Assembly: GCF_963921235.1 (NCBI RefSeq)
Contig: NC_086098.1
Location: forward strand, 155,868,001 to 155,932,000
Direction of reading: 5' to 3'
Length of the DNA: 64,000 nucleotides
DNA from: Mobula hypostoma
Taxonomy: Eukaryota
Shown: piece by piece, positions 22,376 to 35,450 of the stretch
Numbering within the stretch: position 1 is the stretch's first letter
Layout: the number at the start of each line of letters is the position of its first letter
Notes under the pieces: generated by a model
Seen by the model: the letters and a program-made list of their open reading frames with translations, nothing else
Told to the model about the DNA's origin: nothing
Database searches by the model: none
Translations under genes and position numbers: made by a program

Positions 22376-24199
22376 CTTTTTTACAGCTTTATGTCCTGCA
22401 AAAGCAGAATACCCGAGTAACCATTGTATCATTCTGTGATATCATTCTTGAAAAACATTGTATCATTTCTTAATGCATGCATTACTAAATGACAATAAAA
22501 GAGGACTGAGTGTCCTCATAACCTAATAATCTAATCTAATCTGGTCATCGAATGCTGCAGTTAAAATCTTTACCTGTCTGTTTCCTTTCATTCGCGGTTT
22601 TACAACACTGCATCTATATAATCCCAATGATCGCTCCAAGAACGCTGCAAAATTCTACCCAAAACTCTTGCACATTCCAATCACTTGTTAATTTTCGGAC
22701 CTTGAACTGGCATTCGTCAAAGTGAAAGTAAATGTATTATCCCAGTATGTACAGGTTACCATGTACTACCTTGAGAGTGATTTTCTTGCAGGCATTTTCA
22801 GAAAAATGAAGAAAAACTGTGGGAAAAACTGTGCATGAACAAAGACTGAGAAGCAACCAAAGTGCAAAAGAAGACAAATGATGTAAATAACGAATACTGA
22901 GAGCATGGGCTGTTGAGCCCTTGAAAGTGAGCCTGTAGATTGTGGAGTCAGTGAGGTTATCCATGTTGGTTCAGGAGTCCGATGGTTGTCGGGTAACAGC
23001 TGTTCCTCAATATAGTGGTGTGGGACCTGAGGCTCCTGTATCCCCTTCCCGATGGTACTAATGAGAAGAGAGCATGGCCTGGATGGTGACGGTCCTTGAT
23101 GATGGATGCTGGTGGACAGCAGTTAGCACATCCCTTGCTAATAACTAAATGCAGATGCTACATACGAAGAAGGTACAGCAGTAGAAAGCAATACCAAACA
23201 GTTATATAGCACCTTTAAAACAGTAGAACCATTCTAAGACACTCGTGTGGTGCATTCACCTCACCGGCTAACACGGAAATCGGGAAAATAAAAACAGAGG
23301 AAGACGCATAGTTGGCATCTGGAAACCTGAAAGCAAAATTAAAAACAGTAAGGCTGCAAATGGCTAAAAAATTAAAAAGAAAATAACATTTCATGGGTCT
23401 GACCTTTCGTTACATTTTAGGATTTGGTTAAAGAATCAGATTTAAGAAAATGTCCTAAAAACAGAAGAAGTGATGAGATTGAGCGATGAGGTTCCAGGCT
23501 CAATGTATCTCTCAATGTATTTGCTCAATATCTCACTATGTGGCTGAGAGATATGGAGCAAATATATTCCAATGTGTGTAAGATGCCAGAATAAAAGCAG
23601 CATAGAAATCGCAGTTGTTATATAGCTGTACAAAAATAGAGAACGGGGCGGGGTGGGGGGCGATGGAGAGATGGCCGACGATTCCCATTACGATAGTCTT
23701 TCAGAAAGCACCCCGATGTTGATACTTGGAGGATCAGGAAAGATTATATTGAGGATAGGATTCACTATTTTAGTGCACCAAAACGCAAAATCTATCTCGC
23801 TATTAATTATCACAAGGGATTCAGCGGAGGGTGGAAATCCTGAAGGGTCTCGGCCAGAAACGTCGACAGTTTATTCCCCTCCATAGAGGCTACATGACCT
23901 GCTGAGCTTTGTGTGTGTTGCTCAATATTTCAATCGTCGGTCTTCTGTTTCCTTATAGGTCTATATTTTGTAAGGTTCACCTTTAATTAGCAAGTAGGGT
24001 TTCATCCGATGCATTCAAGACATCTTTATAAATAATATTCAGGTAGATTCTGCTGATCGATGCATTAGGATTACTCAAGAAATTCAGTTGTATCACCAGT
24101 CATATGTAGACCTTACAATTCCACAATGAGAATGTTCAATAAACTAAACTGTCCTGTCCTTGATTATAAACTCAAAGCTCTCCATGAACAGTTTTGTAG

Positions 24200-24480
24200 C
24201 TGAAATACTTCCTAGGATGCGCTGGAACACATCATCAGAGTTGCAACCCTGGGTCATCGGGTGCTTCGGGTCTTTCAACATCAGACACCCTCGCCCAAGT
24301 GACGCACCCAGGCTGATCAGGCCCCGGAGTGTGTCCCAGCAGCACTGGTCCACGCCTCTTGATCTGTATGCTGTCTCAACAGCCACTGTGATGGTCCTGA
24401 TGGTTCTTTTCTTTGTCGCCCCCGTAATGCCAAGGAGAGAGTAGGCTCTGCAAAGTCAGCAGCCAACAAAACTACTGCAC
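24200..24480 (-). mobile_element. HERO-like (R2 superfamily) non-LTR retrotransposon 3' fragment
   Basis: Translates C..FVG..LCRAYSLLGITGATKKRTIRTITVAVETAYR, resembling the HERO C-terminus, followed by a gggcgagggtgtctgatgttgaaagacccgaa-type 3' UTR. Confidence 0.7.
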
Positions 24481-24489
24481 CCCTTCTCT

Positions 24490-27400
24490 ATAGACTCGTA
24501 TGGTCTAGATGGTTTAGAGTTTGTAAAATGTGTTCAGGAAAGTTTTCTAAATCAATATATAGAGGTACCAACTAGAAGGGGTGCAATATTGGATCTCGTG
24601 TTAGGAAACCTGTTAGGACAAGTGACGGAAGTGTGTGTAGGGGAGCACTTTGGTTCCAGTGATCATAACACCATTAGTTTCAGTTTGATCATAGACAAGG
24701 ATAGATCTGGTCCTAGGGTTGAGGTTCTGAACTGGAAGAAGGCCAAATTTGAAGAAATGAGGAAGGATTTAGAAAGCGTGGATTGGGACAGGTTGTTCTC
24801 TGGGCAAGGATGTGATTGGTAAGTGGGAAGCCTTCAAAGGAGAAATTTTGAGAGTGCAGAGCTTGTATGTTCCTGTCAGGATTAAAGGCAAAGTGAATAG
24901 GAATAAGGAACCTTGGTTCTCAAGGGATATTGCAACTCTGATAAAGAAGTAGAGAGAGTTGTATGAAATGTATAGGAAACAGGGAGTAAATAAGGTGCTT
25001 GAGGAGTATTAAAAAGTGCAAGAAAATACTTAAGAAGGAAATCAGGAGGGCTAAAAGAAGACATGAGGTTCCCTTGGCAGTCAAAGTGAAGGATAATCCA
25101 AAGAGCTTTTACAGGTATATTAAGTGTAAAAGATTGTAAGGGATAAAATTGGAGGAACTGAGTGAAATACATGTTAGTAGGGAAGTGGTGTTAGGTAAAT
25201 TGAAGGGATTGAAGGCAGATAAATCCCCAGGGCCAGATGGTCTGCATCCTAGAGTGCTTAAGGAAGTAGCCCAAGAAATAGTGGATGCATTAGTGATAAT
25301 TTTTCAAAACTCGTTAGATTCTGGACTAGTTCCTGAGGATTGGAGGGTGGCTAATGTAACCCCACATTTTAAAAAAGGAGGGAGAGAGAAACCGGGGAAT
25401 TATAGACCAGTTAGCCTAACGTCGGTGGTGGGGAAACTGCTGGAGTCAGTTATCAAGGATGTGATAACAGCACATTTGGAAAGTGGTGAAATGATCGGAC
25501 AAAGTCAGCATGGATTTGTGAAAGGAAAATCATGTCTGACGAATCTCATAGAATTTTTTGAGGATGTAACTAGTAGAGTGGATAGGGGAGAACCAGTGGA
25601 TGTGGTATATTTGGATTTTCAAAAGGCTTTTGACAAGGTCCCACACAGGAGATTAGTGTGCAAACTTAAAGCACACGGTATTGGGGGTAAGGTATTGGTG
25701 TGGGTGGAGAATTGGTTAGCAGACAGGAAGCAAAGAGTGGGAATAAACGGGACCTTTTCAGAATGGCAGGCGGTGACTAGTGGGGTACGGCAAGGCTCAG
25801 TGCTGCGACCCCAGTTGTTTACAATATATATTAATGACTTGGATGAGGGAATTAAATGCAGCATCTCCAAGTTTGCGGATGACACGAAGCTGGGTGGCAG
25901 TGTTAGCAGTGAGGAGGATGCTAAGAGGATGCAGGGTGACTTGGATAGGTTGGGTGAGTGGGCAAACTCATGGTAGATGCAATTTAATGTGGATAAATGT
26001 GAAGTTATCCACTTTGGTGGCAAAAATAGGAAAACAGATTATTATCTGAATGGTGGCCGATTAGGAAAAGGGGAGGTGCAACGAAACCTGGGTGTCATTA
26101 TACACCAGTCATTGAAAGTGGGCATGCAGGTACAGCAGGCGGTGAAAAAGGCAAATGGTATGCTGGCATTTATAGCGAAAGGATTCGAGTACAGGAGCAG
26201 GGAGGTACTACTGCAGTTGTACAAGGCCTTGGTGAGACCACACCTGGAGTATTGTGTACAGTTTTGGTCCCCTAATCTGAGGAAAGACATCTTTGCCATA
26301 TTGGGAGTACAAAGAAGGTTCACCAGATTGATTCCTGGGATGGCAGGACTTTCATATGAAGAAAGACTGGATGAACTGGGCTTGTACACGTTGGAATTTA
26401 GAAGATTGAGGGGGGATCTGATTGAAACGTATAAGATCCTAAAGGGATTGGACAGGCTAGATGCAGGAAGATTGTTCCCGATGTTGGGGAAGTCCAGAAC
26501 GAGGGGTCACAGTTTGAGGATAGAGGGGAAGCCTTTTAGGACCGAGATTAGGAAAAACTTCTTCACACAGAGAGTGGTGAATCTGTGGAATTCTCTGCCA
26601 CAGCAAACTGTTGAGGCCAGTTCATTGGCTATGTTTAAGAGGGAGTTAGATATGGCCCTTGTGGCTACAGGGGTCAGGGGGTATGGAGGGAAGGCTGGGG
26701 CGGGGTTCTGAGTTGGATGATGAGCCATGATCATAATAAATGGTGGTGCAGGCTCGAAGGGCCGAATGGCCTACTCCTGCACCTATTTTCTATGTTTCTA
26801 TGTTTCTAAAATTGGTCCTGTTGAAGATCAGAGTGGTCGGCTATGTGCGGAACCAAAAGAAATGGTGGAGATCTTAAATGGTTCTTTTGCGTCTGTATTT
26901 ACTAGGGTAACTAGCATGAAGTCTATGGAATTAAGGGAAACAAGTAGTGAGATCATGGAAACTGTACAGATCGAAAAGGAGGAGGTCCTTGCTGTCTTGA
27001 GGAAAATTAAAGAGGATAAATCCCTGGGACCTGACAGGGTGTTCCCTCGGACCTTGAAGGAGACTAGTGTTGAAATTGCAGGGGCCCTGGCAGATATAGT
27101 TAAAATGTCGGTGTCTGCAGGTGAGGTGCCAGAGGATTGGCGAATGGCTCATGTTGTTCCGTTGTTTAAAAAAGGATCAAAAAGTAATCCGCGAATTTAT
27201 AGGCCGGTAAGTTTGACGTCGGTAGTGGGTAAGTTATTGGAGGGAGTACTAAGAGACAGAATCTACAAGCATTTTGATAGACAGGGACTTATTAGGGAGA
27301 GTCAACATGGCTTTGTGCGTGGTAGGTCATGTTTGACCAATCTATTGGAGTTTTTTGAGGAGGTTACCAGGAAAGTGGATGAAGGGAAGGCAGTGGATGT

Positions 27401-28590
27401 TGTCTACATGGATTTCAGTAAGGCCTTTGACAAGGTCCCGCATGGGAGGTTAGTTAGGAAAATTCAGTTGCTAGGTATACATGGAGAGGTGGTAAGTTAG
27501 ATTAGACATTGGCTCAATGAAAGAAGCCAAAGAGTGGTAGTAGAGAATTGCTTCTCTGAGTGGAGGCCTGTGACTAGTGGTGTGCCACAGGGATCAGTGC
27601 TGGGTCCATTGTTATTTGTCATCTATATCAATGATCTGGATGATAATGTGGTAAATTGGATCAGCAAATTTGCTGATGATACAAAGATTGGAGGTGTAGT
27701 GGACAGTGAGGAAGGTTTTCAAAGCTTGCAGAGGGACTTGGACCAGCTGGAAAAATGGGCTGAAAAATGGCAAATGGAGTTTAATACAGACAAGTGTGCG
27801 ATATTGCACTTTGGAAGGACAACCCAAGGTAGAACATATGGGGTAAATGGTAAGGCACTGAGGAGTGCAGTAGAACAGAGGGATCTGGGAATACAGATAG
27901 AAAATTCCCTAAAAGTGGCGTCACAGGTAGATAGTGTCGTAAAGAGAGCTTTTGGTACATTGGCCTTTATTAATCAAAGTATTGAGTATAAGAGTTGGAA
28001 TGTTATGATGAGGTTGTATAAGGCATTGGTGAGGCCGAATCTCGAGTATTGTGTTCAGTTTGGTCACCAAATTACAGGAAGGATATTAATAAGGGTGAAA
28101 GACTGCAGAGAAGGTTTACAATGATGTTGCCGGGACTTGCAAAACTCAGTTACAGAGAACGTTTGAATAGGTTAGGACTATATTCCCTGGAGCATAGAAG
28201 AATGAGGGGAGATTTGGTAGAAGTATATAAAATTATGATTGGTATAGGTAGAGTGAATGCAAGCAGACTTTTTCCTCTGAGGCAAGGGGAGAAAAAAACC
28301 AGAGGACATGGGTTAAGGGTGAGGGGGGAAAAGTTTAAAGGGAACATTATGGGGGGCTTCTTCACACAGAGAATGGTGGGAGTGTGGAATGAGCTGCCAG
28401 ACGATGTGGTAAATGCGGGTTATTTTTTGATATTTAAGAATAAATTAGGCAGATACATGGATGGGAGGTGTATGGAGGGATATGGTCCATGTGCAGGTCA
28501 GTGGGAGTAGGCAGAAAATGGTTCGGCACAGCCAAGAAGGGCCAGAAGACATGATTCTGTGCTGTAGTTTTTCTATGGTTTCTATGGTTT
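24490..28590 (+). mobile_element. CR1 LINE (EN C-term to 3' tail) split by a younger CR1
   Basis: LDLVLGN..GEHFGSSDHN (24589-24822). RT ORFs 26727-27500, 27534-28124 and 28049-28510. ttctatgg tail. Confidence 0.92.
25153..26806 (+). mobile_element. Young 5'-truncated CR1 with 9-bp flanking duplication
   Basis: Continuous ORF2 (25149-26711) broken only by CAG>TAG at 25974-25976. TAAAATTGG at 25144-25152 and 26807-26815. Confidence 0.95.
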
Positions 28591-30014
28591 CTAATGACTT
28601 GTCTAAGCAAATACTACTTTCCCACATTTATCTGTTTTATTAGCGTTATAGTTAGGAGCTCACAAAAGTTCTCCATTTAAAATCCCCTGAAATTTGGTCA
28701 TAGAGGATTATCTCTCTTTAGAATTAAGAATGATTTAATGAAGGTCTGCTCTGTTCACGTTATTTGAAATGAGTTGTGTGGAATGCATTCGATCTTGAAC
28801 GACGCCAATGGAGCACATGTTGCAGACACAAAGTTTCTATAGGTTTTCTGTCTTCACAAAATATATCGATATGGGTATTCATTGTAGGATTTCTGCTTTA
28901 TCCCTGAGAAACAACTTAGAGAACTCTGATGGCAAGTCATTGAGCTGAACCGCTACTGCTCTCTCCGTCTCCTGCGGGGTCTTTCCAGCACTGCCTGCAT
29001 TATTTCGGTGTTACAATACTGTGAAAATTGTATTGAGTACAGGAAACACTGCTACTCAAATTTTACATCCGCCCTTTAGCATTAGAACTTGCTGCGCTAC
29101 TCAGACGGTACTTCTCCTTAATTTGATTTTGCTTCTTTCGGAGTTAGACGGTGTAGCAGCGCCATCGGGCGGCGTAGATGTGAAACTGCAGCCCATTTCT
29201 TGCAATAGCCGAAAAACGCGTCGCTTTCAGATACTGCCTTTACCTTCGTTTGCTTTTTCTTTACTAGTATCAGAATGAAGGAAAATGGAAGTTCTGAATT
29301 GTCCTGAAATCATAGTGGGGTTTTCAGTGTACTTTTAAAGAAGGAAATTCGTCGTTTTAACAAATAGGACTATGGTTCTTTGCCCTTAACAACAAAGTGA
29401 AAGTTTGTTGCCATGAAAGTGGACAAGCAACGTCAAGACAAGGGGATCTATACTGTAAAGCTTGACCGTTTTTTGGCACCAGAATTAATTGAATTTGTGT
29501 GAATTAAATTCCGGTTTAAGAAAACTGCCTAGAGTGGGAGGAGAACCAAATTTACAAGAACTATCGCCAATGTGCTCTTTTTGAAAAGCAAAATTCATAC
29601 TTTGGGTCTTTTTCGAATGGTAGTTGGAGTCTATCCACAAGACTGAAGTTTAGCTGCTGTGGTAAACTTTAAAATGGCCTGAATGTCGGGGGGCTTTTAA
29701 TGAGATGCTGGACGGAAATTTTTTCTCTATTTTCACTGTGTAACACCGCAGAGGCCTGTCGTGGGCCTCAGGCATTCTTCTGTTAGTGCTCCAAAGGATC
29801 ATTGATGTTAATATTCCAACCTAATTACAACTGAACAAGAAACTGAATGAAGTAGGTATGTGACCCAGAAATTCCATTACACGTTTTCGAATCATCAGTG
29901 CTGTATCTTTGCGGCTTGCAATTACAGTAACTCCTGTTATTAAGCGGATAATGGAGAGAGGTTATAAATTCGCATAGTAGAAACAAAAACGCATATTCTA
30001 CTAAATTGTTTTGA

Positions 30015-31372
30015 CATACATAGAAACATGCAAAACCAACAGCACAATATAGGCCCTTCGGACCACAAAGCTGTGCTGAATATGTCTTTACCTTAGAAAT
30101 TACCTAGGGTTACCCATAGCCCTCTATTTTTCTAACCTCTATGTACTTATCCAGGAGACTCTTAAAAGACGCTATCATGTCCGCCTCCAGCACCGTCGCC
30201 AGCAGCCCATTCCTCGCTCTCACCGCTGTCTGCGTAAAAAACTTAACCCTGACATCTCTTCTGTACCTGCTTCCAAGCACCTTAAAACTGCACCCTCTCA
30301 TACTAATTATTTCAGCCCTGGGAAAAAGCCTCTGACGATACACACGATTAATGCCTCTCATCATCTTGTACACCTCTATCAGGTCACCTCTTATCCTCCG
30401 TCGCTCCAAGGAGAAAAGGCCAAGTTCACTCAACCTATTCTCATAAGGCATGCCCCCAATCCAAGCAACATTATTGTAAATCTCCTCTGCACCCTTTCTA
30501 TGGTTTCCACATTCTTCCTGTAGTGAAGCGACAGGACTGAGCACAGTACTCTAAGTGGGGTCTGACCAAGGTCCTGTATAGCTGCAACATTACCTCTTGG
30601 CTCTTAAGCTGAATCCCATGATTGATGAAGGGCAATGCACCATATTCCCTCTTAACCAGAGCGCAGCAGCTTTGGACTTCGACCCCAAGATCCCTCTGAT
30701 CCTCTGCACTGCCAAGAGTCTTACCATTAATACTATATTCTGCCATCAGATTTGACCTACCAAAATGAACCACCTCACACTTATCTCAGTTGAACTCCAT
30801 CTGCCATTTTCAGCCCATTTTTGCATCCTATCAATGTTCTGCTGTAACGTCTTACAGCCCTCCACACTATCCACAACATCTCCAACCTTTGTGCCATTAG
30901 CAAATTTACTAACCCACCCCTCCACTTCCTCATCCAGGTCGTTTATAAAAATCATGAAGAGTAGGGGTCCCAGAACAGATCCCTGAGGCACACCACTGGT
31001 AACAGACCTCCATGCAGAATATGACCTGTCTACAACCACTCTTTGCCTTCTGTGGGCAAGCCAGTTCTGGATCCACAAAGCAATGTCCCCTTGGATCCCA
31101 TACCTCCTTACTTTCTCAATAAGCCTTGCATGAAGTACTTTATCAAATGCCTTGCTGAAATCCATATACACTACATCTACGACTCTACCTTCATCGATGT
31201 GTTTAGTCACATCCTCAAAAAATCCAATCAGGCTCATAAGGCACGACATGCCTTTGACAAGCCCATACTGACTATTCCTAATCATATTATGCCTCTCCAA
31301 ATGTTCATAGGTCTTGGATGTCAGGATCTTCTCCAGCAACTTACCAACCACTGAAGTAAGATTGTTTTGAAG
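30015..31372 (-). mobile_element. 5'-truncated CR1 (RT to tail)
   Basis: ORFs 30746-31375, 30498-30773 and 30110-30544 with RT motifs. catagaaacat tail. Confidence 0.92.
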
Positions 31373-32107
31373 CATATTAAATTTAACCCTGCATTTATTC
31401 AGATATATTTATGACCCTTTAAAAAAACAGAAAAGAGCTATCAATTAGGAGTAGATTTCTCATGTGAGCTTCTAACATTGATGCATAATAACTGTTAGGC
31501 TAGATTGGTGTTGAAACACTAGAGTTGGACAGGGCAAGCATAAGGAATGTGCAAGCATGTTGGCTAGGAGGTAGAATCAGTCATGGTCTTATTGAGGGGC
31601 ACAGCAGACCCATAACGTTGGTATCTGGTTCCATTTCTTTAATATGGGTCAAAGCAGCTTACTTTATCAGTTGGTTCAAGAGCTACTTCTGATCAGCCAT
31701 GGTGGTGTCAGCAGAATTGCTAGTACACTTAAGGTGTTGTCCATCCAGGAAACTACACAAATAGACAGCTTGATTGGAGTGTATCAGGGGTAACTTGAGA
31801 ATCCGCCATCTTGTGTGTCTTGTGTGGAGAGCAGCATAGAAATCATTCCCATTATCTAAAAATAAGCACCGCCTATTTCTATTTTAAAGTCTTGTTGAAA
31901 GTGGTGGGGACGCCTTTCACTGAAATAGTTCCATACAGTTAAAAGATGGGTAGTCTCTCCTAATGATCCTGATGTGAAAGGAGATGTGAGGAAATGATAA
32001 TCATCTGTTGAAAGTGAAAGGAATTATTAGGTATTTGTATGTTAACAGATAGCAAGAATCACTTTGTATGATTAGAAGCAAGAAAACCTGTTTCGAATAT
32101 CTTCTGA

Positions 32108-35100
32108 TAGAAACATAGAAACATAGAAAATAGGTGCAGGAGTAGGCCATTCGGCCCTTCGAGCCTGCACCGCCATTTATTATGATCATGGCTGATCATC
32201 CAACTCAGAACCCTGCACCAGCCTTCCCTCCATACCCCCTGATCCCAGTAGCCACAACGGCCATATCTAACTCCCTCTTAAATATAGACAATGAACTGGC
32301 CTCAACTGTTTCCTGTGGCAGAGAATTCCACAGATTCACCACTCTCTGTGTGAAGAAGTGTTTCCTAATCTCAGTCCTAAAAGGCTACCCTTTTATCCTC
32401 AAACTGTGACCCCTCGTTCTGGACTTCCCCAACATCGGGAACAATCTTCCTGCATCTAGCCTGTCCAATCCCTTTAGGATTTTATACGTTTCAATCAGAT
32501 CTCCCCTCAATCTTCTAAATTCCAACGAGTACAAGCCTAGTTCATCCAGTCTTTCTTCATATGAAAATCCTGCCATCCCAGGAATCAATCTGGTGAACCT
32601 TCTTTGTACTCCCTCTATGGCAAGGATGTCTTTCCTCAGATTAGGGGACCAAAACTGCACACAATACTCCAGATGTGGTCTCACCAAGGCCTTGTACAAC
32701 TGCAGTAGTACCTCCCTGCTCCTGTACTCGAAACCTCTCGCTATAAATGCCAGCATACCATTCGCCTTTTTCACCGCCTGCTGTACCTGCATGCCCACTT
32801 TCAGTGACTGGTGTATAATGACACCCAGGTCTCGTTTCACCTCCCCTTTTCCTAATCGGCCACCATTCAGATAATAATCTGTTTTCCTATTTTTGCCACC
32901 AAAGTGGATAACTTCACATTTATCCACATTAAATTGCATCTGCCATGAATTTGCCCACTCACCCAACCTATCCAAGTCACCCTGCATCCTCTTAGCATCC
33001 TCCTCACAGCTAACACTGCCGCCCAGCTTCGTGACATCCGCAAACTTGGAGATGCTGCATTTAATTCCCTCATCCAAGTCATTAATATATATTGTAAACA
33101 ACTGGGGTCCCAGCACTGAGCCTTGCGGTACCCCACTAGTCACTGCCTGCCATTCTGAAAAGGTACCGTTTATTCCCACTCTTTGCTTCCTGTCTGCTAA
33201 CCAATTCTCTATCCACATCAATACCTTACCCCCAATTCAGTGTGCTTTAAGCTTGCACACTAATCTCCTGTGTGGGACCTTGTCAAAAGCCTTTTGAAAA
33301 TCCAAATATACCACATCCACTGGTTCTCCCCTATCTACTCTTTCTCCCCTATCCACTCTACTAGTTACATCCTCAAAAAATTCTATGAGATTCGTCAGAC
33401 ATGATTTTCCTTTCACAAATCCATGCTGACTTTGTCTGATGATTTCACCGCTTTCCAAATGTACTGTTATCACACCTTTGATAACTGACTCCAGCAGTTT
33501 CCCCACCACCGACGTTAGGCTAACCGGTCTGTAATTCCCCGGTTTCTCTCTCCCTCCTTTTTTAAAAAGTGGGGTTACATTAGCCACCCTCCAATCCTCA
33601 GGAACTAGTCCAGAATCTAACGAGTTTTGAAAAATTATCACTAATGCATCCACTATTTCTTGGGCTACTTCCTTAAGCTCTCTGGGATGCAGACCATCTG
33701 GCCCTGGGGATTTATCTGCCTTTAATCCCTTCAATTTACCTAACACCACTTCCCTACTAACATGTATTTCCCTCAGTTCCTCCATCTCACTGGACCCTCT
33801 GTCCCCTACTATTTCTGGAAGATTATTTATGTCCTCCTTAGTGAAGACAGAACCAAAGTAATTATTCAATTGGTCTGCCATGTCCTTGCTCCCCATAATC
33901 AATTCACCTGTTTCTGTCTGTAGGGGACCTACATTTGTCTTTACCAGTCTTTTCCTTTTTACATATCTGTAAAAGCTTTTACAGTCAGTTTTTATGTTCC
34001 CTGCCAGTTTTCTCTCATAATCTTTTTTCCCCTTCCTAATTAAGCCCTTTGTCCTCCTCTGCTGAACTCTGAATTTCTCCCAGTCCTCAGGTGAGCCACT
34101 TTTTCTGGCTAATTTGTATGCTTCTTCTTTGGAATTGATACTATCCCGAATTTCTCTTGTCAGCCACGGGTGCACTACCTTCCTTGATTTATTCTTTTGC
34201 CAAACTGGGTTGAACAATTGTTATAGTTCATCCATGCAATCTTTAAATGCTTGCCATTGCATATCCACCGTCAATCCTTTAAGTGTCATTTGCCAGTGTA
34301 TCTTAGCTAATTCACGTCTCATACCTTCAAAGTTACCCCTCTTTAGGTTCAGAACCTTTGTTTCTGAATTAACTGTGTCACTCTCCATCTTAATGAAGAA
34401 TTCCACCATATTATGGTCACTCTTACCCAAGGGGCCTCTCACGACAAGATTGCTAATTAACCCTTCCTCATTGCTCAAAACCCAGTCTAGAATATCCTGC
34501 TCTCTAGTTGGTTCCTCGACATGTTGGTTCAAAACACCATCCCGCATACATTCCAAGAAATCCTCTTCCTCAGCACCTTTACCAATTTGATTCACCCAAT
34601 CTACATGTAGATTGAAGTCACCCATTATAACTGCTGTTCCTTTATTGCACACATTTCTAATTTCCTGATTAATACCATCTCCGACCTCACTACTACTGTT
34701 AGGTGGCCTGTACACAACTCCCACCAGCGTTTTCTACCCCTTAGTGTTATGCAGCTCTACCCATATCGATTCCACATCTTCCCGGCTTATGTCCTTCCTT
34801 TCTATTGCATTAATCTCATCTTTAAGCAGCAACGCCACCCCACCTCCTTTTCTTTCATGTCTATCCCTCCTGAATATTGAATATCCCTGAACGTTGAGCT
34901 CCCATCCTTGGTCACCCTGGAGCCATGTCTCTGTGATCCCAACTATATCATAATCATTAATAACAATCTGCACTTTCAATTCATCCACCTTGTTACGAAT
35001 GCTCCTTGCATTGACACACAAAGCCTTCAGGCGCTCTTTTACAACTCTCTTCGCCCTTATACAATTATGTTGAAAAGTGGCCCTTTTTAATGCTTGCCCT

Positions 35101-35450
35101 GGATTTGTCGGCCTGCCACTTTTACTTTTCTCCTTACTACTTTTTGCTTCTACCCTCACTTTACACCCCTCTGTCTCTCTGCACTGGTTCCCATCCCCCT
35201 GTTGTGAACTAACCTCCTCTCGCCTCGCCTCTTAATTTGATTCCCACCCCCCAACCATTCTAGTTTAAAGTCACCTCAGTAGCCCTCGCTAATCTCCCTG
35301 CCAGGATATTGGTCCCCCTAGGATTCAAGTGTAACCTGTCCTTTTTGTACAGGTCACGCCTGTGCCAAAAGAGGTCCCAATGATCCAAAAACTTGAATCC
35401 CTGCCTCCTGCTCCAATCCCTCAGCCACGCATTTATCCTCCACCTCATCG
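32108..35450 (-). mobile_element. Young CR1 with complete but disrupted ORF2 and 3' end of an esterase-type ORF1
   Basis: ORF1 C-term NAWLRDW..GFKFLDHWDLFW..DRLHLNPRG (35260-35450, SGNH-like). ORF2 pieces 34734-35159, 34221-34724, 33237-34217 and 32385-33221. (catagaaa)n tail. Confidence 0.95.

Noticed and set aside
29110-29205. Short ORF MGCSFTSTPP..RRSTV* with myristoylation-like start
   Set aside because: About 31 codons with no promoter or homology evidence.
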